Part shown: piece after piece, positions 11,313-22,322 of the stretch | Numbering within the stretch: position 1 is the stretch's first letter | Layout: the number at the start of each line of letters is the position of its first letter | NCBI GenBank assembly: GCA_008369845.1 | Contig: MRSU01008587.1 | Location: 1 to 48,811, forward strand | Length of the DNA: 48,811 bases | Direction of reading: 5' to 3' | Origin: Trichomonas gallinae | Lineage: Eukaryota | The notes under the pieces: model-generated | Told to the model about the DNA's origin: nothing | The model's input: the letters and a program-made list of their open reading frames with translations, nothing else | The model's database searches: none | Position numbers and translations under genes: made by a program

Positions 11313-11884
11313 TTTTTTTGTCAATAATTATTCAAACAGACTTATTCAATTTAAAGCCATTCATAGATTTACTCTGAGACTTATGCAGCTAACTACTCAT
11401 TTGATAGATTTTTCTACCATCGCTGAATTTTACCATAAAACAAAACTTTTTCGATTTTGAAAAATATTATCAAGCTTATTATGACACATAAAGCGAAATT
11501 CTAATAGCTCCAATGTATTTAGCTCCATTCTTCTTTTATCATTACATTTAGCTCGATATCATAAATTATATACTAAATATTCTAATGATATCATGCTATT
11601 ACTATTTCATCATTAAATAGATTCACTTTTTGTCATACAACAATAAACATATTAGCAATATATTATCAATATGAAAATTTTTTGGGCCAACAACTCGAAT
11701 CAATAAGCAATTGTATATTATAAGCCACTGATAATCTAATTTCTCATATATTCGAATCCTCTGTTATGATTTCAATAATTCAAATAAAAATATAAACAAA
11801 TTACTCCTATTCAACAGATCAATCACTATAATACAAATAATATCACTTAAGATACTATTTTATAAACAAAATAAACAAAATATA

Positions 11885-14800
11885 TTATATGATTTTTTGA
11901 CGAGTGTTGTTAAGCGAGCTCAAAGCATCATTAAAGAATTCATAATCTTTTGCGGTTGTTGATATCCATTTCTCAAGAGAATGATAATCATTGGAATTTA
12001 TATTCGTCATTTTATCAGCAATTTTGATCGCTGAATAGCTGAAATTGGCTCTGATGTTTGTTGCTAAGTTCTGATTTTTGAGTAAATTCATATAATTGTT
12101 GAATAAATCTTTTGGTTCAATTCCGCAATTTAATAGTAATTCGGATGCCCACAGTGGATCTCCTCCACGGTTCATTTTGAACTCTTCGAACACAGGCATA
12201 ACTACACTCGCATCGAATATCTCTATTTTATTCTCAAAAGTCTTGCTGAAATCGGTAATTTCAACAAAAACCTTTGACAATGGCTTTGTATAGTTCTGCT
12301 CAATCAGAAAATTCGTCCACAGCTGAGAGAGCAATTGCTTCTTATTATCCGTCGCCACAGGATAAATGCCAGCCAATCTCAAAGCCAAATCCCAGTAACC
12401 ATTCATTGTGATTTCTTTTAAGAGATTTTGCTGATCCATCAAAACTTTTGACGCGAAGCCCTTTCTCGATGAAAAAACTTTCTGTATGGTTGCCAATTCT
12501 TTCAATCTGCTCAGTTCCATTTTCGCGTCATTCATGCCATATCCGTTTGCGAGTTTTAATCCTTCATTCAAATAAAATATTCTTTCGTCATCCTTAATAT
12601 TATCTTTGATTGCCAAATTTCTTAATTCGACTACTCCTGAGTTTATGTTTCCGCTGTTTAAGTGATATTTCCATATTAAATCTGGTGTGAATTCTTGCAA
12701 GAATGGGAGAATGAATGGAGTCTGTTTTACTAAAAGTCTCGAAATATTACCGTTATCGAGTAGATACTTGTATAAACAAAAATGGAATAATTCGTCAGCG
12801 AAGCTCAATAATATATCAAGATAATCGTTGGACTTATTGATTAAACGAAAACAAAGATTGTAGCATGAATATCTTTTGTCGAAAATATTTCTTGATTCAT
12901 TGTCGAATTTACTTCTACCACTTTTATACCATCGTAGCGCAATTTGATTTGGATCACAAGATGCTGCTGCTGCAAGCGCTATTGAAATAGCTCCTGTTAT
13001 ATTCTCAACTCTCACCAATTCACCAAAAACTTCTTCAAGGTTGAATGGCCTTGATATATGCTTTAAAATTGTTTCAATGATTTTATCAACAGAAGTTGAA
13101 TTCTCTTGAATGAATTTCAGCTCATTTATTGCATGAATCAACTGCTCATCTTCGTAAGTGAAGAAGTTCGGGCATCCTTTAAGTAATTGCTTGGAAATTG
13201 ACGGATTCCCAGTTATAACTAATTTGTAGCTGAATTCACGTAAGCTGTCAAAAATTGATAAAATTGAATTTTCACCGAATGGTTGAATAGATAGTCTTTG
13301 TACATATTTATTATCCAGTTTGGAGAAAACTTCTGTTATCAATGATTTCTTTTGTTTGCTAATGATTGTTATTAATGTTAACGATTCGGCAATAACTTTC
13401 AAATAATTTGTGAGCTCGAGTAATAAATGGAGATCATCAGAAATCAATGCACTTTGATTTTCATCGATAATGGCCTTCATAATATTGGAATAGTTATTGA
13501 TCATATTATTTATTGTGATTATATGGAATGATAATTTTTCTGCATTTTCTGTCAAATATTTTGAAATTTTGTATTTTGTTTCATCTTTTTCAAAAACTGG
13601 AGAATTCCAAACAAAATACAAAACCATTGAAACATGTTCGAGGAAAGCCATAGCTGATATACCAAGAGAAGTATCATATGAGTCTCTCCTATTAAGAGAT
13701 TCTTTTGAAAATTGAGCTAGAGCGAATAATGACATTTTTTGTAGTAACTGGTCGCTTTTTGAAGCCAATAGTACTGCTGTTGAACCAGAAACGTTAAACA
13801 GTGTATTTGTCATGAAATAAGTTTTAATGCTGTCTGTGTAGTTTCCTTTGCTGTACCTCAATAAATCTTCAAATTCATCGACAGGATTTTTGAATTTAAC
13901 TGTAAACATTAGTTTTGTTGTCAAAACATTAATTTCTGGCTGATCCATACAATGCTGCCAAAAATTTTGATGCCTGAAAACATCAACATTCATTGAGCCA
14001 TAATCATGTGCTTTTGTTGAAATACTAAGTCCAATGTATGGAAGATTCTCAATCCAACAGATTTCTTGTGCATCTTGAAATTTTTGGAAATTTGTCAATG
14101 ACTTTATTATGTACATTGCGCTTTTTGTCATAATAACAGTTTGACCTAAAGAAAACACAGCTTCTACTGCTGTTCCTCTGAATTTATCAGGCGGTGGCCT
14201 TCTTTGAATTATTTCCATTTGTGTTTTATTTTTGATCGGATTGAAAACTTCACCAATGTAAATTCTTTCGCCTGTGTCATATACAACAACGAATCTGATT
14301 ATCTTTGAGTCCGAAATAGGAATGTTTGTTATAGAAATTACATTTTTGCGATGGAATTGTTGAATTATTCCTAAGCTTTTAGCAATTTTTTCATTATAAA
14401 CACGGAAGAATCTTATGTTCGAATATGTATCAACAGCGGCTAATATTTTTGATGTTTCTTCATATGATATTCGGCCAATTGGATAATAAATTTGGAAATA
14501 TTTCGGAATTTTTGAGATTGAATAAGCAATAACCCTATCAATGATTGTATTTGACGGAAATATTCTTTTTGATAGTTTTTTGTCCGGATAAATTATTGAA
14601 TAGATAGAACCATTATCTGATCCAGCAAAAATAAGTCCATCAGACGAAATGGTAAGTGCTGAGATATAGAATCCTATGTTTTGAATCGATAAAACGTTAA
14701 TTTGATCGATTAGATCTTGATGATTTGGGGATTTTTTTGTATCTAAAAATAAGTCGCTTGTAATCATAATTGGATATAAGTATATTGATTTTTCTGCCGC

Positions 14801-15220
14801 AATTATTAGGATACTATCGACATTTTTCTGATAATATATAGATTTGTTAGGTTTTCCAATAATAATCGATGTGATTAGGTTAGGGAATCGTATATTATAG
14901 ATTTTTATGTTTCCTTTCTCCCAATAATACAAATTTTTATCGATAATGCAGTATTGCAGATTAATTTCAGAAAAAAATCCAAAATATAATCTATTTCTTG
15001 CGTTTTTTGCTAAATTTATGATTTCATCAGGATGATTATACACATCCGAATTCATAACCATTATATTTTCAAATGATTGTGCTTCAGAATAACTTTTTGC
15101 AATTTCGAAATTTGCTGGAAGAAGGCCACAAAGATCAGGAACAGTTTTACAGTGTTCCTGGCATCTTTGTATCTGCGATGACAGATTTGTGTAATCAATA
15201 TCAATCGCAGATCCTTGCAT
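11885..15220 (-). CDS. NUP155: Nucleoporin Nup155/Nup170-like (beta-propeller plus alpha-solenoid)
   Basis: 1111 aa. GFFSEIN..CIIDKNLYYW, DGLIFAGSDNGSIYSIIY, RYSCYN and DELFHFCLYKYLL resemble conserved Nup155 blocks. Confidence 0.75.
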   Translation of the reverse strand: MQGSAIDIDYTNLSSQIQRCQEHCKTVPDLCGLLPANFEIAKSYSEAQSFENIMVMNSDVYNHPDEIINLAKNARNRLYFGFFSEINLQYCIIDKNLYYWEKGNIKIYNIRFPNLITSIIIGKPNKSIYYQKNVDSILIIAAEKSIYLYPIMITSDLFLDTKKSPNHQDLIDQINVLSIQNIGFYISALTISSDGLIFAGSDNGSIYSIIYPDKKLSKRIFPSNTIIDRVIAYSISKIPKYFQIYYPIGRISYEETSKILAAVDTYSNIRFFRVYNEKIAKSLGIIQQFHRKNVISITNIPISDSKIIRFVVVYDTGERIYIGEVFNPIKNKTQMEIIQRRPPPDKFRGTAVEAVFSLGQTVIMTKSAMYIIKSLTNFQKFQDAQEICWIENLPYIGLSISTKAHDYGSMNVDVFRHQNFWQHCMDQPEINVLTTKLMFTVKFKNPVDEFEDLLRYSKGNYTDSIKTYFMTNTLFNVSGSTAVLLASKSDQLLQKMSLFALAQFSKESLNRRDSYDTSLGISAMAFLEHVSMVLYFVWNSPVFEKDETKYKISKYLTENAEKLSFHIITINNMINNYSNIMKAIIDENQSALISDDLHLLLELTNYLKVIAESLTLITIISKQKKSLITEVFSKLDNKYVQRLSIQPFGENSILSIFDSLREFSYKLVITGNPSISKQLLKGCPNFFTYEDEQLIHAINELKFIQENSTSVDKIIETILKHISRPFNLEEVFGELVRVENITGAISIALAAAASCDPNQIALRWYKSGRSKFDNESRNIFDKRYSCYNLCFRLINKSNDYLDILLSFADELFHFCLYKYLLDNGNISRLLVKQTPFILPFLQEFTPDLIWKYHLNSGNINSGVVELRNLAIKDNIKDDERIFYLNEGLKLANGYGMNDAKMELSRLKELATIQKVFSSRKGFASKVLMDQQNLLKEITMNGYWDLALRLAGIYPVATDNKKQLLSQLWTNFLIEQNYTKPLSKVFVEITDFSKTFENKIEIFDASVVMPVFEEFKMNRGGDPLWASELLLNCGIEPKDLFNNYMNLLKNQNLATNIRANFSYSAIKIADKMTNINSNDYHSLEKWISTTAKDYEFFNDALSSLNNTRQKII

Positions 15221-16291
15221 TTGATCTTTGAATGGTTTACGGGCGTAATAGCATCAAAAAATATTAATCAAATTAGAATGAATAATAGTTCTTTATGCGA
15301 TTAATTTCACTTTTTCCCATATAACATTAACAAAATATCTATTTTTTAACAAGAAATTGAATCAAGATTCACCAGGTTATTATTTGGCGTCTTATAGAAT
15401 GTGCGATCGGAACTGAACTAACCTAGTATGTATACACGATATTATACTATACACCCTAATAGCATGAGAGAAACTAAATCATATTTATTCGATTTCCTTG
15501 TAGAATATTCGATATTAAATTTAATATGTGCTCTTTTAAATCTAATATATTATTTGTATATAAAAACATTACTAACATTGCAAAAATTAAATCCCAAAAC
15601 CCAAATAATCACTGGAAATTTAAAAATTTCTTTTTTCTCCATAAGTTTGTTGAGTAAAGCGTAATGTTTAGTGGAAAAAGTGAAACTATTATTCAATTCA
15701 ATAATCTCCTGCAAAATGCTAAGTTATATATATCCATCTATATTTTATTTGTTTTATTTCAACAACAGTTTATTGAATTGTTCTAGTGCTACTATGTGAT
15801 GAATATCTTGAATTTTAAATGTTTTTAGGATTTTTTATATCAAAATGAAGAAATTCTAGTATTTGCTTAATATTATAGAATTTATTTAATCAACTCATGC
15901 ATATAATTTACATCACATTCATTTTGCGATTCCACAATATTGTGAATTAGATGAATTTTAAAATAATAGAAATGAAATAAATTCACAATAGAATATGATT
16001 AAATAATGAGATCTTTATTTGAATCAATTGTGAACATTAATAATAGGGTTGAAATTTGATAGATTCTAATTAAAATTTAGGGTAAATCGAATAATTTCGC
16101 AGTGCTAACAGATGCATCGTATCCAACTCTTCAATAAATTCTTTATATCACATCTATTTATTAATAAAATTGCTTAGAAAAATAAATAACTAAATTTTTA
16201 AAATGGCTTTAAATGAACTTAATAATGATTAATAATGCGTTAAATACAAAGCTAGTTTACTAATGAAAGACAATATAGTTTAACAATAAAA

Positions 16292-17020
16292 TTATTTGCC
16301 TGAAACCATTGGCAAAAATTGATCAAACAGGTTGCTATGTGCTGTGCCAAGCAAGCGCTTGACATTAGCAATAGTTTCTTCGCGCGTTTGATTTCTTTTA
16401 TTGTATAAATTAATCTCTGAAATCATATGATTAAATTCTGCAGGACTGAGCTCTTCTTTTGCCGCCTTAATGAACTGTGAGCTCTTAGAAGCAGTTCTTG
16501 TTGTCGATTTTACTGGTTGTTTAGAAATTGGAGAAATAGTCTGTATCGATGGCGGATGTTGCTGCTGCTGTGGTGCCCTTTGTGTTATCTTTTGAGGAGA
16601 TGTATTCTGCGGAATCGATTTCGTTGTGTCTGGAATAGGAGCAAAATTGAATGGAGCAGGTCTTGCTGTGTCTGGTTTCATGTAAGGAGTCTGATCAATA
16701 AGATTTCTGAGCGACTGATTGAGTGAGTAAAATCTGTTAATTTCATCTTCTTTGTCTTGAAGAGCTTGCATCAATGCTTGGTTTTGCGCCTTAAGTCCTT
16801 CATTCGTAGAAAGTGCATTTGCAAGCTCTGCTTCAGCTTTCATTTTGGCTTCTTCTGTTTTTTGAAGATTTTGCTGCATGAAAGAAAGTTGTTTTTCCAT
16901 TTCTTCGACCCTCTTTTGCCAAGACTTGATTTCTTCTGATCTCTGCTGCCTTGCATAGTCAAATGCCTGCTGGAGCTGCTGTATTGCTGTTTGTATGTGT
17001 TGATCGCCTTCGCTCATCAT
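16292..17020 (-). CDS. Coiled-coil protein with a C-terminal PAH-like (At4g15545-type) domain
   Basis: N-terminal coiled coil and Pro/Gln/Ser linker, then FIKAAKEELS..EF...N...QTREETI..VKRLLG....LFDQF. Confidence 0.7.
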   Translation of the reverse strand: MMSEGDQHIQTAIQQLQQAFDYARQQRSEEIKSWQKRVEEMEKQLSFMQQNLQKTEEAKMKAEAELANALSTNEGLKAQNQALMQALQDKEDEINRFYSLNQSLRNLIDQTPYMKPDTARPAPFNFAPIPDTTKSIPQNTSPQKITQRAPQQQQHPPSIQTISPISKQPVKSTTRTASKSSQFIKAAKEELSPAEFNHMISEINLYNKRNQTREETIANVKRLLGTAHSNLFDQFLPMVSGK

Positions 17021-17044
17021 TTTTATAATAACTGGACGTTTACT

Positions 17045-17150
17045 GTCAAAAAACTATTTTACATGTCAAATATTAAAATTATATGTCAAAAATATTTTAT
17101 ATGACAATTTTTAAAATTTATTTGTCAAAAGATATTTACATGACAAATAT
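17045..17150. promoter_or_regulatory. TGTCA/TGACA motif cluster in a divergent promoter
   Basis: About six TGTCAAA/TGACAA copies, several within TTTACATGTCAAA or TTTACATGACAAA. Confidence 0.55.
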
Positions 17151-17293
17151 TAAAATTATGCTTCAAATATTATAAAATTGTTTAATTTTGATGAAAATAG
17201 AATCTAATGATTTGTAAAACCCCGAAAATAAAATAATTTTGATTTTATTTTGTAAACATTACAAAATGTTTACATTTTTTTTATTTGTAAAAA

Positions 17294-17737
17294 ATGAGTG
17301 AATCTCAGAATAACATTGCAGAATTCAGACAAGCGTTCGATATTATTGATAAGAACAAGGATGGCGTAATTACAGTCGATGATTTGTACGAATTAATGAA
17401 ATCTTTCGGCCAGGAATTAACACATAACGAATTAAAGGACATGATTCGCCATGCTGATGCTGATGGCAATGATGAGGTTGATTTCACAGAATTCATGGCA
17501 TTATTGACTCGTCAGCTCAAACAAAACGATATAACGGATGAGTTGAAATCTGCTTTCCAGTTATTCGATAAAAATGGTGACGGGTTCATTACAAAGGCCG
17601 ACTTAGCTCCAGTAATGCAAGCATTAGGCTACGACACAAGCAGTGAATTTCTCAGAAAATTAATTAACGACGGAGACAGGGATAGAGATGGAAAAATATC
17701 ATTTGTCGAGTTCTGTAATTTAATGGTAGGTAATTAA
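17294..17737 (+). CDS. Calmodulin-like protein with four EF-hands
   Basis: EF loops DKNKDGVITVDD, DADGNDEVDFTE, DKNGDGFITKAD and DRDRDGKISFVE; 147 aa. Too divergent to call canonical calmodulin. Confidence 0.92.
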   Translation: MSESQNNIAEFRQAFDIIDKNKDGVITVDDLYELMKSFGQELTHNELKDMIRHADADGNDEVDFTEFMALLTRQLKQNDITDELKSAFQLFDKNGDGFITKADLAPVMQALGYDTSSEFLRKLINDGDRDRDGKISFVEFCNLMVGN

Positions 17738-18111
17738 TCTATTGTAAATATTAAATTATTTTTATTTTTTATTTTTGAACGATTTAAAAACAAAGCACGC
17801 CCAATATACGTAATTCTTAAATGAGCTCATATACTGCTATTATAAATATAATGAAATTAAATATTAATTTCAGATTTTTAAATAAAAAATATGTAGAAAT
17901 GTAGAAATAAACGATATATTCCACATATATTACAACAATGGCATAATTGTAGTAGAAGCCAGCAGTTCTGGGAAACGGAAGTAAGTAAAACATCTAATTT
18001 TAAAATCAATATCGTTTAAACTCTATCTTTTACAATCAAAGTTTCTAAATATGAAAAAGAAAGCAATTGAACACTGATTTTTTTTTTTTAAAAAAAAAAT
18101 AACAATCTATT

Positions 18112-19740
18112 TTATTCTATAAACAAAGCTTGAATTTCTTTCTTTTTAGAGAGTTCCATTGGTTTCTTTCCGTCACTGTCCCTCATGTTTTTATCTGCGT
18201 GATTCTCAATGAGGAATCGAGCGAGATCAACATAGCCTTTAGAACAAGCAACATGAAGAGGAGATCTCGTTTTCCTTCCGTCGACAGCAGAAGTATTTAC
18301 ACCAGCGCCTGCCAACACAAGCATAGCAACAATGCTCTCCATGTTCTCTTTGACGGCAACATAGAGAGGAGGCAGAATTTTGTCGTGGACTGGATTCGGA
18401 TCAATGCCGCGCGCCAAAAGTGCGGAAACAATATTACTGTCAGCTTTTCTCACTGCTATGTCCAATGGAGTCTCTTTTCCTTCAGGAGTCACGTTTAGGT
18501 TAGGTCTGTTCTTTGTCAGAATCACTATCATGTCTTTATTACCCTGTTCGGCCGCATAGTGAAGTGGTGTCTTTCCTTTCTTGGAAACTGGCATCGGCAA
18601 AGCCTTGTATTCAATCAAAGCATTAACCATCTTAATGTCGCCATTTCTCGCAGCAAAATGCAGTGGAGTCATCTGGTCACGCTTGCGGGAAACATGTGGA
18701 TCAGCTCCTCTTTCGAGTAGCCACACTACAACGCGAGTAAATCCGTGAAGAGATGATTCGAGCAGAGCAGTTGAATTATCATTTGTTGAATCCTGTTGGT
18801 TTATTGGAATTGAGCTGTTTTCCATTACATAGTTGACTAACTCTGGTAGAGATGTTCTCGCTGCGATGTGAAGTGGAAAATATTTGTTTGAATGGGAATT
18901 ATCAAATGATCCTCCATTTGATATTAGAAAGGCGAGCATTTGTATATTCATCGATTGAATAGAGTCAACTATTAAACTTAGTTCTGGTTTTTGGACATAT
19001 TTTGATAAATAATTTAGCAAATTATATCTGTGATACTTTGTTGCTGAAAGTATTGCTAGGATAGCATTGTTTTGCAATTCTGATTCCATATCAGTGAAAA
19101 TTTCGATGTTTCCTCCACATCCGATCCATTTTGCAAGATCTTGATTATATTCAGCATGATTTTGAAGAAGAAATCTAAAGCATGATACTGAACCAGAATA
19201 GCATGCAAATTCGAGCATTGTAACATCATTTCCATCAATTTTTATTGGTTTTGAGTTGAAATTTGTTTCTTCAATTTTTGATTTTAATTTTTCAACGTCA
19301 TCATTTGAAATAATGTCTTCTAATGTGTCAGGTTGATAACATTGGTACAATTCTTCGAGAGAAGATGTTATATCTGATTCATATAAATCAATATCACGAA
19401 GAGTAAGAATTTTGGCGAAAATGTTGTCATTGTATGTAATATTATCTATATCTGGTGTGATATTTGTTTCTTTTTTGCAAATCAAAAATATTTCAGTAAA
19501 TTCCTGTAAAAGTTGTCTTCTAATTGTTGCGAAGTAAAACAAGACGTTGTAAATCCAAATTGCATTGTTTTTATGTGCATTAGAATATTTTTTAACAGAA
19601 TCCGCGATTTCTGCAAAATTTTCTTTGCTTAATTCGGCTAATTTGTGGACAACAAAGGAAATATCAGCTAACTGCGGTGGAATAGCAACGTCATTAAACT
19701 TAATTTTGCTATTGTTTGTCTTTTTACTCTGTTCTTCCAA
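18112..19740 (-). CDS. Ankyrin-repeat / DUF3447-type protein; start codon uncertain (first in-frame ATG at 19218)
   Basis: FACYSGSVSCFRFL and GGNIEIF, plus multiple canonical ankyrin repeats (TPLHFAA, TPLHYAA, SPLHVAC). The N-terminus is homologous to the 1931 gene. The 5' end is set at the TTG at 19740. Confidence 0.8.
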   Translation of the reverse strand: MEEQSKKTNNSKIKFNDVAIPPQLADISFVVHKLAELSKENFAEIADSVKKYSNAHKNNAIWIYNVLFYFATIRRQLLQEFTEIFLICKKETNITPDIDNITYNDNIFAKILTLRDIDLYESDITSSLEELYQCYQPDTLEDIISNDDVEKLKSKIEETNFNSKPIKIDGNDVTMLEFACYSGSVSCFRFLLQNHAEYNQDLAKWIGCGGNIEIFTDMESELQNNAILAILSATKYHRYNLLNYLSKYVQKPELSLIVDSIQSMNIQMLAFLISNGGSFDNSHSNKYFPLHIAARTSLPELVNYVMENSSIPINQQDSTNDNSTALLESSLHGFTRVVVWLLERGADPHVSRKRDQMTPLHFAARNGDIKMVNALIEYKALPMPVSKKGKTPLHYAAEQGNKDMIVILTKNRPNLNVTPEGKETPLDIAVRKADSNIVSALLARGIDPNPVHDKILPPLYVAVKENMESIVAMLVLAGAGVNTSAVDGRKTRSPLHVACSKGYVDLARFLIENHADKNMRDSDGKKPMELSKKKEIQALFIE

Positions 19741-19901
19741 AATCCAAAAAAAATATGACAAAAATATTTACACGGCAAAAATTAAATTTACATAGCAAAA
19801 TTATGATTTACATGACAAAATATTTACAAAAAATATCTTTACATGACGAGAATGACTTTACATGTCAAAAAGTAAAAAACAAACATTATAATATCATAAT
19901 A

Positions 19902-21824
19902 TCAGATTAAATTCTTTCTATTTAACTTCCTTTGCAATTTCTTTTTGGAGTTAATCAATACTGGATCACGAGAAAATGTCAATTCGCATTTTGCAATTCC
20001 ATCCTCTGCTGAATAATTTCTCGTAACCATAGCTTCTCTCCATCCATGAACTTCTCCAACCAACTCTTCCCAATTGATTAGTATCTTCATTGACATGAAA
20101 AAAGGACTGCTTTTGGCACGCGAAACTTCGGTATTGTCAACGCCTTCAAGAATCTCCTCCAGGTCATCATCTTCTGTTTCAGATATATCTAAATCGAAGT
20201 AGATGTTATCCTCTGTATCATTACCAGTTTTAGAAATCATTGCTAAGTGATTCTGAAATTTTTGCTGCAAAACTTCTTTATACTGAGAAAACTTAACTTC
20301 TTCAACTAAAAACTCAGAGGCCGCTTTAATCATTCCGAGTCTGACTCTTGCTATGAGATAACTCCTATGCCATGGTGTTTTCTTGAGTAGTTCTATATAT
20401 TCGACAATTCCAGCGCGTAGATGACTTGGAAGTTGTTTTATTAATCCGAGGATTGATTTTTCGGCAATATTTGGTAAATTCGTGTGTTCGATGCCCATCA
20501 TAGCCAGTTTCCTTCTCCATTTGATGATGGACCTGTTGCGGCACAGTTCAACAGGATTCACACCGGTCATTTGGCTGAATGGCTGCAAGTAATTTTCGAT
20601 TCTAATGGTCTGGTTGTTTTTCATGACGATTCTCGACTCTGCTGCAGTTGAAGCGTAGACAATTGGCGGGAGTCTATGCAACGTGCACGTTTTACCTGAC
20701 ACGCACAAAATAAAGTCTGTTGTGTTCGATGATAAATCGTGTGGATAAAGGGCAGATATGGCAACTTGATTTATCATGCACAAAATTGGAGTGTCTGGTA
20801 ATTTTGCCAAAAATGGTTGCTGCACCTGCGAGTTTATATGCTCAAGTGGGATGCGTGGATCAAAGTTGTGGCTGTTGATTTCTGGATCTGAAGTCAAAAC
20901 TGTTAAATTTGAACACATTCCAACGATTGGTTGGACAATTGGATTGTCATCTATGTATTCAACAAGAAAGAATTCACCTGCAGACAGTTTGAGATTCTCA
21001 AGTTTAAAAATAAATTTTCCATACTTTGATTCTTCTATAGAACTTGAACAAAGTTGAACTTTACGCTTAAAATTATATCCAGGTCTGAAAAATGGAAGAG
21101 GATTTAATAATTTTTCGCGCTCAAATTGAGAAATCTCATGATTGAATATATTTGTTCCAGGAACATTGATGGATGCAGGTGCTGGATTCGACGACATTGT
21201 TTGGCCTTTGATTGGATTCTCTCTAACGAAGAATTGATTCTCTTCTTCGGCTTCCTCTGGCTTTAAAATGCTTTGGAATAGTTTCCTTGTTGCTTCTTTG
21301 ATTTCTGTGCTTATTTTGCGTGACCTTATTGCAAATGATGAACCTGTAAGTGAGTAGTCAAGTGTTTCATCGAGAAATGATCGCGTTGCTTGTGTTGTTA
21401 GCATTTTTGATAAAATATTCTGCTTAAACATAATGTCATGTTCTGCTCCATTTGTAAGAATTGAGCTTTCTCCATTGAGTGGATTGATTAAATTGATGTT
21501 TGGAGTAACAATGTAGTTTGGTTTTTGATGATTGAATTTAAATATTTTGAATCTTTGCTCTTCTTGTTGTATTTCTTGTTTTAATGGCATTGAAAACTGT
21601 AATGTAGATTGATCTGGCTCGATTTTTTTATTTACAACTCTTCTAACGACTGAATATCGGGGAAATTGGAAACCCATAGGCAACTCACCGTCTAAATTGC
21701 CCATAGATGCATCAGATGTGATCTGCTGGCTTTCATCACGTGATTTTTTTGTTCTTTTCTTCTTAATTTTAACATTTTTCATTTTTAATGCAAATTTTGT
21801 ATTTTTGAGATCTGAAATGTGCAT
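19902..21824 (-). CDS. TAF1: TFIID subunit TAF1-like protein (central DUF3591-like domain, no bromodomain)
   Basis: GEFFLVEYIDDNPIVQPIVGM, PFLAKL..PILCMINQ..SALYPH...TDFIL and TPWHRS resemble TAF1 GDLILAEYSEE.P.M..VGM, PFLGSL.PG....NN.F.APIY.H....TDFL and APWNTT. Confidence 0.6.
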   Translation of the reverse strand: MHISDLKNTKFALKMKNVKIKKKRTKKSRDESQQITSDASMGNLDGELPMGFQFPRYSVVRRVVNKKIEPDQSTLQFSMPLKQEIQQEEQRFKIFKFNHQKPNYIVTPNINLINPLNGESSILTNGAEHDIMFKQNILSKMLTTQATRSFLDETLDYSLTGSSFAIRSRKISTEIKEATRKLFQSILKPEEAEEENQFFVRENPIKGQTMSSNPAPASINVPGTNIFNHEISQFEREKLLNPLPFFRPGYNFKRKVQLCSSSIEESKYGKFIFKLENLKLSAGEFFLVEYIDDNPIVQPIVGMCSNLTVLTSDPEINSHNFDPRIPLEHINSQVQQPFLAKLPDTPILCMINQVAISALYPHDLSSNTTDFILCVSGKTCTLHRLPPIVYASTAAESRIVMKNNQTIRIENYLQPFSQMTGVNPVELCRNRSIIKWRRKLAMMGIEHTNLPNIAEKSILGLIKQLPSHLRAGIVEYIELLKKTPWHRSYLIARVRLGMIKAASEFLVEEVKFSQYKEVLQQKFQNHLAMISKTGNDTEDNIYFDLDISETEDDDLEEILEGVDNTEVSRAKSSPFFMSMKILINWEELVGEVHGWREAMVTRNYSAEDGIAKCELTFSRDPVLINSKKKLQRKLNRKNLI

Positions 21825-22011
21825 GCTATAATTCTCACTTTTCCAAATATAATGAAGCCAAAAGGTGAACTTTTAAAAATTCTTTTAAAAAAACGATTAT
21901 TTTCCCAACAATCAAAAATCTTCCAAAATTATAGCTAAAAAATCAAATTTGGTAGACTTGGATACAAAATACTCCATCTTCTATTATATATTCATCAGTT
22001 TATAATAGCAG

Positions 22012-22202
22012 AGCACATGAAATTTGGAAAATATCTTTGAATCGACTAAAATTATGAACAATTTACTGATAAGATCCTAAGACATAAAATATTTCAACAT
22101 CTACTACATAAGTGTCTGTTTACAATAACAAAGCACATGAAATTTGGAAAATATCTTTGGATCAACTAAAATTATGATTAATTTGCTGATGAAATCCTAA
22201 GA
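22012..22202. repeat. Imperfect ~71-bp direct repeat with a 120-bp period
   Basis: AGCACATGAAATTTGGAAAATATCTTTG...ATCCTAAGA at 22012-22082 and 22132-22202. Confidence 0.9.
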
Positions 22203-22322
22203 TAAAGTTTTATAAACTGGTTGCTCTCATTTCATTGATATCACATATATTATATGTGCATTAGAATAGATCAATTATCTTGATTTTTTAAAACAAATAT
22301 ATAACAAAACAGTAACATATGA

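Noticed and set aside
18077..18100. T12/A10 perfect palindrome between convergent genes
   Set aside because: Homopolymer runs are common in these AT-rich 3' regions; no evidence for a terminator function.
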